Part shown: positions 29,217 through 36,605 of the stretch, one piece after another
Position numbering within the stretch: the first letter of the stretch is position 1
Layout: the number at the start of each line of letters is the position of its first letter
Sequence record: SRR2962707_3097
DNA length: 36,605 nt
Reading direction: 5' to 3' (one strand)
Notes under the pieces: generated by a model
What the model saw: the letters and a program-made list of their open reading frames with translations, nothing else
Database searches by the model: none
Told to the model about the DNA's origin: nothing
Position numbers and translations under genes: made by a program

Positions 29217-29510
29217 ATGTTCCATATCAAAGCACGGCTACTCATGACGCTTCTTACCCTCATGATCAGCTCACCATCCTGGTCTGAATGCAACGATTAC
29301 GATGCAAAAAACGCGGCCGATAAAGTCGCTGAGAAGTTCATCAAAGGTAAAGTATTTCATCAGGCTGAGGTTTTGAAAGTTCATAGACCAAGTAACAGAA
29401 AAGAGATTGCCAGCTACATTAAAACCAACAACCTCTATTATACGATTTTTTCATTGGTAAATAGCCAATGCAAAGTTCAAATCATCAAACGAACCCACGG
29501 CAAACACTAG
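29217..29510 (+). CDS. Small secreted hypothetical protein with two Cys
   Basis: Signal peptide ending SWS-E, followed immediately by a strong terminator. Confidence 0.7.
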   Translation: MFHIKARLLMTLLTLMISSPSWSECNDYDAKNAADKVAEKFIKGKVFHQAEVLKVHRPSNRKEIASYIKTNNLYYTIFSLVNSQCKVQIIKRTHGKH

Positions 29511-29513
29511 CAT

Positions 29514-29548
29514 AAGGTAAGGTGCCATTCGGCCACCTTACCTTTTTT
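29514..29548 (+). terminator. Intrinsic terminator
   Basis: 11-bp stem AAGGTAAGGTG/CACCTTACCTT plus TTTT, between convergent genes. Confidence 0.85.
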
Positions 29549-29554
29549 AGCGTA

Positions 29555-32002
29555 TTAGTCGTCTTTCTTCGCTTTGTCAGATTTACCGTCTTTACCATCG
29601 GTTTCTTCGTCGTCGTCCTCTTCCTCTTCTTCACCCAACTTAGAGATTTCTTCTAAACGCTGGATAACACGAGCAGAAATACTGCCTTCAGGGTATTCGC
29701 CTTCGTCATTGGCCTCGCCTGCTTCTAAGCCTGTGAGCAAATGCAGCGCCTCATCAGCCGTTGACACCGCGTAGACATGGAATTGTCCTGCTTTGACCGC
29801 GTCTAAGATATCATCATTTAGCATCAGATTATTGGCATTCGATTTCGGGATAATCACCCCTTGAGTGCCGGTTAATCCGCGCGCAAAACAAACGTTGAAA
29901 AAGCCTTCGATCTTTTCGTTCACGCCGCCAATTGCTTGAATTTCACCGTACTGATTCAAAGACCCAGTAATGGCTAAGTCTTGGCGTAATGGCATCTGGA
30001 TCAAAGCAGAAAGCAAACAGCATAACTCTGCCGTTGAAGCGCTGTCGCCATCCACATAGCCGTAACTTTGTTCCATCGCAATAGACGCAGAAATGTCCAG
30101 CGGGAAACGCTGAGCGTATTTATTACCAAGATAACCAGATAAAATAAGCACCCCTTTGGAGTGAATATTCTGACCAAGGTTAGATTCTCGTTCGATATCA
30201 ATGATGCCCTTTCCACCTGGGTGGACTGTCGTCGATATGCGAGCTGGCGCACCAAAGCTGCTGTCGCCAATTTGCATCACGGTTAGGCCATTAATTTTGC
30301 CCACCGCATGGCCTTCACTCTCCAACAGCACAGTGCCTTCAATGATCTCTTCAATGATTTTTTCACTAACGCGACCGGTTCTGTGTTTTTTCGCCTTCAA
30401 GGCGCGAGCAATGTGATCTTTGGTGATGTTTTCATCACGCGCCATTTCTCGCACAAAGTCGGCTTCACCTAACAGTTCAAATACATCGCCTATTTTAGCG
30501 GCCATTTCTTTTTGGTGTTCGGCCAGACGACTGCTGTATTCGATTAAGGCCGCAACACCGTCGCGAGTCACATTCGCGTACTCTTCTTTGTCGATGCGGT
30601 CTTTCATCAAACGAGCAAACGCAAATTCAGACTCTTTGGTGCGTTTCAAAGTATCGTCAAAATCAACCAAGACTCGGAACATCTCTTGGAAATCAGGGTC
30701 CGCGTCCTGCAACAAGTAATAAATGTCTCTGGAACCGATCAACACCACTTTTACCTGTAACGGCAAATCTTGTGGTGCCAAGGTTGTTGTGTTCATGAGC
30801 CCCATGTCCGCGTAAGGGTGCTCAATTTTTAGCGACTTACTTTTTAAGGCACGTTTGAGCGCTTCCCACAAATAGTGATCGGTTAAGAGTTTTTCTGCGT
30901 CCAGAATCAGATAACCACCATTGGCCGCGTGCAAGCTACCAGAGCGAATCAAGCGGTAACTTGGAATCAGCATACCTTGATCGCTGCTGTACTCAACTTG
31001 GCCAAACAAATTGCGATACGTTGGATGCGGCTCATAAACAACCGGCATACCGCCATCAGGCTGATGGGTCACCGCGATGTTAGGCAAGTACAACTCTTCG
31101 TACAATTGGCGACGACCAATTTCGTCACGGTTTTCCGACACCTTGTCATCGGCCATCTGATCTATGATGGTTTTATCAAGGTCTTCGCGTAGGGCTTTTA
31201 GGTACTCTGTCACCGCTTCGTGTTCTGCGTATTCTTTAAACAGCGGTGCCATTAATGGGTCTAGCGCTTCGTTCACCGTATCCAAATTTAGCTGGCGTAA
31301 CTGCTCATAAGACGCGCGTTTCCAAAGTGGTAAGCTTAATAACTCTTCATTAAGCAAGCTTTCCAACTGAGACACGGACTCCTGAAAGGCATCACGGTCT
31401 TCGTCGCTTAATCCGGCAAAATCATTTTCTTCAATCGCCTTGCCATCTCTCATAGGCGCAAAACTGACGGAAGACGCATCGCGGAACATGGCCACGCCAA
31501 TTTTTACCGCCACACGCTCCACTTTATTGATCGCCGCTTCGTAGCGCTCATTAAAAGCTCGATCGATCGCCCCTTTTTGCTGTTGATACGTTGGGTTCTC
31601 AAACGCCGCTGGGAATGTCGCCATCAAACCATCGATCAAAGCACGAATTTCCTTGGCGAATTCAGCCGCTTTGCCTGGCGCAAATTCAAGCGCCTTAGGA
31701 CGATGACTTTCGGTAAAGTTATTAATGTAGGCCCATTCATTAGGCGGTGTACGACGTTTGGCTTCGCTCTTCAAGTAGTTCAATACATAAGAGGAACGAC
31801 CTGTACCTGAGTCTCCCATCGCAAAAATATTGTAGCCTGGGCGCTGCATAGCCACGCCGAATTGAATCGCTTCAACCGCACGTTCTTGGCCTAAAATACC
31901 GCTTAGGGCATCAATATCTTTCAAAGTTTCGAAGGGAAGATGGTCTGTCGGGACTTTGGCCGACAATACTTGATATGGAAGTGGGGTAACCATATTGGAC
32001 AT
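29555..32002 (-). CDS. Lon-family (LonB/LonC-like) AAA+ protease with coiled-coil insertion
   Basis: Motifs GQERA, GSLHAANGGYL, catalytic VDGDSAS and IGGVNEKIEGF; acidic tail. ATG at 32002 follows AAGGAAG. Confidence 0.9.
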   Translation of the reverse strand: MSNMVTPLPYQVLSAKVPTDHLPFETLKDIDALSGILGQERAVEAIQFGVAMQRPGYNIFAMGDSGTGRSSYVLNYLKSEAKRRTPPNEWAYINNFTESHRPKALEFAPGKAAEFAKEIRALIDGLMATFPAAFENPTYQQQKGAIDRAFNERYEAAINKVERVAVKIGVAMFRDASSVSFAPMRDGKAIEENDFAGLSDEDRDAFQESVSQLESLLNEELLSLPLWKRASYEQLRQLNLDTVNEALDPLMAPLFKEYAEHEAVTEYLKALREDLDKTIIDQMADDKVSENRDEIGRRQLYEELYLPNIAVTHQPDGGMPVVYEPHPTYRNLFGQVEYSSDQGMLIPSYRLIRSGSLHAANGGYLILDAEKLLTDHYLWEALKRALKSKSLKIEHPYADMGLMNTTTLAPQDLPLQVKVVLIGSRDIYYLLQDADPDFQEMFRVLVDFDDTLKRTKESEFAFARLMKDRIDKEEYANVTRDGVAALIEYSSRLAEHQKEMAAKIGDVFELLGEADFVREMARDENITKDHIARALKAKKHRTGRVSEKIIEEIIEGTVLLESEGHAVGKINGLTVMQIGDSSFGAPARISTTVHPGGKGIIDIERESNLGQNIHSKGVLILSGYLGNKYAQRFPLDISASIAMEQSYGYVDGDSASTAELCCLLSALIQMPLRQDLAITGSLNQYGEIQAIGGVNEKIEGFFNVCFARGLTGTQGVIIPKSNANNLMLNDDILDAVKAGQFHVYAVSTADEALHLLTGLEAGEANDEGEYPEGSISARVIQRLEEISKLGEEEEEDDDEETDGKDGKSDKAKKDD

Positions 32003-32104
32003 CAATGGGCTTCCTTAAATAAAACAAGCCGGTTCTTTGTAAGGCTTGCGAAAGAAAATTCTCTTCTTTCAGTTATGTTTAAATTTATCATCTCAGACTA
32101 ACAC

Positions 32105-32145
32105 CCTTGTTTACCTGTCGCCTATATAGGAAAGGCAAAACAAGG
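32105..32145 (-). terminator. Hairpin after tatD
   Basis: Outer stem CCTTGTTT/AAACAAGG with inner CCTATATAGG. Confidence 0.5.
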
Positions 32146-32196
32146 AAATTTTCTAGAAAAATCAATTCACTTAGTGCAAAAAACGACCTAAACGCA

Positions 32197-33003
32197 TTAG
32201 GCCTTGATCATAATTTGCTGTTCTGGGGTCGCTTTTGAAAATACTCGGTGGAAATTTTCAGCGGTGGCCTCTAATAAGGCCTCATAACGAATGCCTTTGA
32301 TGTCCGCAACAAACTGCGCCACATCCGCCACGTATTGTGGCTCGTTTTTCTTGCCTCTGTGTGGCACAGGCGCCAAATATGGGGCGTCGGTTTCAACGAT
32401 TAAAGACGACAAAGGCAGCTTCTTGACCGTGTCTTTTAGTTCTTGAGCGGTTTTAAAGGTGACAATGCCTGAAATCGAAATGAGGTAATTCTCATCAATG
32501 GCGGCTTTGGCCATCTCGTAATCTTCGGTAAAACAATGCACCACACCCGCGCTACTTGGATTGCCATGTTGGCGTATTAACGACAAGGTATCCGCTTTAG
32601 CATCACGGGTATGTATGATGACAGGCAAACCTAATGTGCCTGCGGCCTGTAGATGTTGCGCAAAACTGTGTTTTTGCAACTCATGAACCGCGCTGTCTTT
32701 TTCATAAAAATAATCCAAGCCGGTCTCACCAATCGCGATGATTTTTTCGTGTTGAGCAAGCGTGATTAACGGCTCAGGAGAACAAATCAAGCCTTCTTTG
32801 TGCAATGGATGAACGCCACAGCTTGCAAACACACCTTGGCGCTCAGTAAAGCTAAGAATAGTGTCTATGTCTTCTAGATTGACCGAAATGCTAAGCATTT
32901 GCTTAACCCCTTTTAGAGCCGCCGCATCAATCGCGCCGTTAATGTCTCCGTTATAAGGTGTTAAATCCAATTTATCTAGATGGCAGTGAGTGTCGATTAA
33001 CAT
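32197..33003 (-). CDS. ycfH: TatD-family hydrolase (YcfH-like)
   Basis: Motifs DTHCHL, GVHP, GETGLD, IHTR, HCFT and ETDAPYL; downstream of holB. Confidence 0.92.
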   Translation of the reverse strand: MLIDTHCHLDKLDLTPYNGDINGAIDAAALKGVKQMLSISVNLEDIDTILSFTERQGVFASCGVHPLHKEGLICSPEPLITLAQHEKIIAIGETGLDYFYEKDSAVHELQKHSFAQHLQAAGTLGLPVIIHTRDAKADTLSLIRQHGNPSSAGVVHCFTEDYEMAKAAIDENYLISISGIVTFKTAQELKDTVKKLPLSSLIVETDAPYLAPVPHRGKKNEPQYVADVAQFVADIKGIRYEALLEATAENFHRVFSKATPEQQIMIKA

Positions 33004-33010
33004 AAAGGTG

Positions 33011-33952
33011 TCACCATTGGTTCAATTCGTAAGTAAGCTGCATAACCGGATTAAGGTTGGTTTTAAGTAGATCCGATTTCAGTTTTTGTAAGCTTTGATA
33101 GCGCAGCATTATTTGTTGGATGCTCATTCGGCGCATAATCAAAGGGTAAAGATCCGCTAACGCAGACGGCAGTGTGGCTCCGGCAGAATGATTGATGCAT
33201 TGATGTAAAATTGCCGCAAGACCATTGCAATAATCTTCTATATTGGCGCTGCTTACGCCTTTTAATACAAGATCAACACCTTTTTCCCCTTGCAAAAGCG
33301 CTTTTATGGCATCCGGTAAAGCACTGTAAATAGCGGTTTTTTGTTGCTTTTCAATCGCCAACAAGCGAAAAGGCTGTGTGGTAAGCCAAAACAACGAGGC
33401 TAACTCGTCGCCATCGGGTTGCTGGTGCAACCAACTCGTCACCTCAGCCAAGTTCGGCGTAGGCACATTCACCAATAAACAACGACTGCGAATGGTTGGC
33501 AATAAACTACTGGATTGGGACGTTGTTAGCACAAAATAAGTGCGGTCCGCAGGCTCTTCTAACGCTTTTAACACAGCGTTAGCGGCGTTAATGTTCATCG
33601 CCTGTGCGTGGGTAATCAACACCACCTTATTTTGACCAACTTGGGGTTTTTGGCTGATTTTTTGCGTTAATTGACGAATATGATCGACTTTTATCGCCCC
33701 TTCTTCCCCGTCTAAAACCCGATAATCTGGGTGTGTATTGGCGGCCATCAATTGGCACGAATGGCAATAACCACAGGCCTTAGCTTGGTCCAGTTCCTCA
33801 CACATTAAATCTTTGACCATCGCGCGAGCAAGTTCCTCTTGGCCGACGCCATCTGCGCCAGTCACCAACAAAGCATGCGACAGTTTCTTCTGCTTTTTTA
33901 AAGCCTGTACCTGACTTAATGAAGCCATCAACCAGGGCGCAATGTCTGCCAT
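33011..33952 (-). CDS. holB: DNA polymerase III delta' subunit
   Basis: Zn motif C..CGYCHSC, HPD, AANAVLKALEEP and TIRSRC; follows tmk. Confidence 0.93.
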   Translation of the reverse strand: MADIAPWLMASLSQVQALKKQKKLSHALLVTGADGVGQEELARAMVKDLMCEELDQAKACGYCHSCQLMAANTHPDYRVLDGEEGAIKVDHIRQLTQKISQKPQVGQNKVVLITHAQAMNINAANAVLKALEEPADRTYFVLTTSQSSSLLPTIRSRCLLVNVPTPNLAEVTSWLHQQPDGDELASLFWLTTQPFRLLAIEKQQKTAIYSALPDAIKALLQGEKGVDLVLKGVSSANIEDYCNGLAAILHQCINHSAGATLPSALADLYPLIMRRMSIQQIMLRYQSLQKLKSDLLKTNLNPVMQLTYELNQW

Positions 33953-34591
33953 TTATACGCCCCTTTTCCAAGCCGTTTTTAAAGCATTTAATTGCGTCAC
34001 TATTTGTGCGCTAACTTGCTCTAAAGGCTGACTGGCGTCGATCACCTTTATGCGCTCAGGTTCTAGATCGGCTTGCTCTAAAAAGCCCTGACGCACTTTT
34101 TCATGAAACTCGATCGACTCTTTGTCTAAACGGTCGGCGTTTTTTCGATCCGCAACTCGTTGCATGCCGATGTCGACGGGTACATCGAGTAACAGTGTGG
34201 CATCAGGCTTATTGTCGCCCACTACCCATTCCGTTAGCGTGTTAAGTTTTTCAGTATCGCCACCACGCGCCCTGCCTTGATAAACAAAAGATGAATCAAT
34301 AAAACGATCACTGATCACCCAAAGCCCTTGCTCTAACGCGGGGCGGATTTTTTGTGACATGTGTTGAGCTCGGGCCGCAAACATCAATAACAACTCAGTC
34401 ATATCGTCCACCGCTTCATCACGGGATGCCAAAATAAGCCCACGAATTTCTTCTGCCAATACCGTGCCACCGGGTTCTCGGGTCATGATGTAATCAATGT
34501 TTTCTGCGTCTAACCAGCGCTGAATACAGACTATTGCGGTGGATTTGCCACTGCCTTCACCGCCTTCTAAAGAGATAAATTTACCGGTCAC
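33953..34591 (-). CDS. tmk: Thymidylate kinase
   Basis: Motifs EGGEGSGKST, TREPGGT, SDRF and YQG. Confidence 0.96.
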   Translation of the reverse strand: MTGKFISLEGGEGSGKSTAIVCIQRWLDAENIDYIMTREPGGTVLAEEIRGLILASRDEAVDDMTELLLMFAARAQHMSQKIRPALEQGLWVISDRFIDSSFVYQGRARGGDTEKLNTLTEWVVGDNKPDATLLLDVPVDIGMQRVADRKNADRLDKESIEFHEKVRQGFLEQADLEPERIKVIDASQPLEQVSAQIVTQLNALKTAWKRGV

Positions 34592-35637
34592 TGTGCGTTC
34601 TCCTTAACGGTAGATTCAGGAATGGATTTATAGTCCGAGCGTCTGTGGTATTTTTGGTACTTGGCGACTGCTCTATTATGAGCCTGCAATGTATTTGAAA
34701 AGGCATGGGTACCATCCCCTTTGGCAACAAAATACAACGCCTTGGTTTCGCCTGGATTTAACGCGGCTTCAATCGCCTCTTTGCCCACATTCGCAATCGG
34801 CGTTGGCGGTAACCCAAAGTGTAAATAGGTGTTATAAGGAGACGCAGAGCGCAGGTCTTTTCGAGTCAAATTACCGTTAAAGTTTTTCCCCAATCCGTAA
34901 ATGACCGTAGGGTCGGTTTGTAGGCGCATGCCTTTTTCTAAACGACTGATAAACACTCGTGAAATCAAGGGTCTCTCTATTGGCGCCCCTGTTTCCTTCT
35001 CAATAATAGACGCCATCACCAGCGCTTCATAGGCATTTTTATAGGGTAAATTTTTGTCTCTTTTGTCCCATAAATCCGCCAATGTCTGCTCTAGTAAACG
35101 ATGGGAGTGCTGTAAGATACTAAAATCCGTATCGCCTTCATGGTATTGGTACGTATTGGCAAAAAACTGCCCTTCTGGGTTGCTCACGTCTAATGCAAAA
35201 CGATTTGCTATTTGCTCATTCGTGAGCCCCTTTAAGGTCATTTTGATATTGCCTTTAGCGGCCATGGTTGCCAAATAGTAGTCCAGTGTTTTGCCTTCCA
35301 ATAAGGTGACTGAATACACCACAGATCGGCCGGAATCAAACAACGCCATCAAATCCAGTAAGGTCATGCCTGGCATAACGGCGTACTCACCGACTTTAGG
35401 TACCCATTCAGGGTGCAATCTGGCAACAACGCGCATGAGCGTTGGATCAAGTATCCAATTTTTCTCACTCAACTCATGACCTATTTTGTAAGAGGTGTCA
35501 CCTGACTGAATGTAAAAGCGGGCTTCTTTGTCTAAATTAATCGGACTGGTTAATAAGTAATACACCACGCCAGCAAGCACAGCCAATAATGAAGCGGCTA
35601 ACACAAAAACTCTTATAAACCATTTAAAAAGCGTCAT
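34588..35637 (-). CDS. mltG: Endolytic transglycosylase MltG (YceG)
   Basis: N-terminal TM, then ASIIEKET, LQTDPTV, SPYNTY and GLPPTPI. Confidence 0.95.
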   Translation of the reverse strand: MTLFKWFIRVFVLAASLLAVLAGVVYYLLTSPINLDKEARFYIQSGDTSYKIGHELSEKNWILDPTLMRVVARLHPEWVPKVGEYAVMPGMTLLDLMALFDSGRSVVYSVTLLEGKTLDYYLATMAAKGNIKMTLKGLTNEQIANRFALDVSNPEGQFFANTYQYHEGDTDFSILQHSHRLLEQTLADLWDKRDKNLPYKNAYEALVMASIIEKETGAPIERPLISRVFISRLEKGMRLQTDPTVIYGLGKNFNGNLTRKDLRSASPYNTYLHFGLPPTPIANVGKEAIEAALNPGETKALYFVAKGDGTHAFSNTLQAHNRAVAKYQKYHRRSDYKSIPESTVKENAQ

Positions 35638-36448
35638 GCACATCCTTAGTTTGCATTAGGTGTTGTAATCGTTGAGTGTGGATACCAATCGGTATTGAGC
35701 ATCCTAATAAAGAAATCACAGGAACAATGCCCATTAAACTGTTGGTAATGAAGATCTCATCGGCCTGTTTCAATTCGTTTAACGAAAAATGCCCCACTTC
35801 AACATGATAAAGCGCTTGATTGCTCAAAACCTGGTGGCGAAAAACGCCTTGCACACCCGCTTGGCTCAAAGAGGGTGTGTATAGCCCCCCTCGCTTAAAC
35901 CAAAAAATATTACTTTGAATGCATTCAATCACATGGCCACGACCATCTAACATCACGTCTTCAAAATGCAGATCGCTTAATTTTTGCTTAGCCAGAACAT
36001 TTTCAAGTCGATTTAAGTGTTTCATACCCGATAAAAAAGGGTTTTCGCTCACCGGAACATCAGAAACACCCAAATGTACGCCAGATTTTTGCTGAACTTG
36101 GTAATTCGGCGCATCAGCAATGCCAATCAAAATGGTGTGTTGGCAATCTTCGGGCGGTAAATAACCTCGCCCTCCCTCGCCTCTTGTGACAATAATTTTT
36201 ACGACGGACTCTGTTTTAACAAGAGGCTGAATAGAATTACGTAAAAAAAGGCGTAATGTTTCCAGTTGTGCATCAGAAAATGGCATGGCCAATTTTTTTA
36301 AGCCGCGAGCAAGACGCGCAAGATGATCATCTAGATATTCAACCCCAGCGGATGACACCTTCATGGTCTCAAAAAGACCATCGCCATAGGCTAAGCCTCG
36401 ATCAGACGGTGAAATTGGGTCTTGTCGATAATTAATAAACCACTGCAT
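35624..36448 (-). CDS. pabC: Aminodeoxychorismate lyase
   Basis: Motifs DRGLAYGDGLFET, GRGY, KHLNRLENV and EIFITNS; conserved pabC-mltG-tmk-holB order. Confidence 0.94.
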   Translation of the reverse strand: MQWFINYRQDPISPSDRGLAYGDGLFETMKVSSAGVEYLDDHLARLARGLKKLAMPFSDAQLETLRLFLRNSIQPLVKTESVVKIIVTRGEGGRGYLPPEDCQHTILIGIADAPNYQVQQKSGVHLGVSDVPVSENPFLSGMKHLNRLENVLAKQKLSDLHFEDVMLDGRGHVIECIQSNIFWFKRGGLYTPSLSQAGVQGVFRHQVLSNQALYHVEVGHFSLNELKQADEIFITNSLMGIVPVISLLGCSIPIGIHTQRLQHLMQTKDVHDAF

Positions 36449-36605
36449 GAAGATGGATAAACTCAGAATAAAAATGGTGGGCTATGATAGCGTAAAAGTC
36501 ACGAACCTCCCAGAGAGCTTTTGTCTTAATACAAGAGATTCTGAAACAGTGCTGAATGATGCTCTTAGTGGGTAATTTTCAAAGAAAAAACAGCAAAGGA
36601 GCCGC

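Noticed and set aside
33004-33010. No pilZ gene between holB and tatD
   Set aside because: The direct holB-ycfH arrangement is also the ordinary enterobacterial order.

Overview
A 36.6 kb gammaproteobacterial chromosome segment; gene content suggests a marine Oceanospirillales/Marinomonas-like organism (inference). No mobile elements, CRISPR arrays, rRNA or tRNA genes were seen. Housekeeping genes flank the window: aroC-yjjX-yjjG on the left and pabC-mltG-tmk-holB-tatD plus a LonB-like protease on the right. The centre is a copper-homeostasis region on the minus strand. One unit runs MerR-family regulator, three-HMA CopA, an unannotated 27-aa membrane peptide (15823..15906), then a 116-aa HMA-like protein. 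After an MFS gene comes a His/Met/Cys-rich leader ORF and a cusC-cusB(F fusion)-cusA efflux operon. Also present are three MCPs, an RclR-like AraC/YHS divergon, an AraC/acyl-CoA dehydrogenase/ETF-QO module, ndh, yaiI and a cytochrome b562. The best leads are the CopA-linked micropeptide, a possible leader-ORF/RNA switch upstream of cusC, an atypical MerR and its operator, and an operator plus in-leader terminator before the MFS gene. All family calls come from motif recognition by eye; no searches were run.
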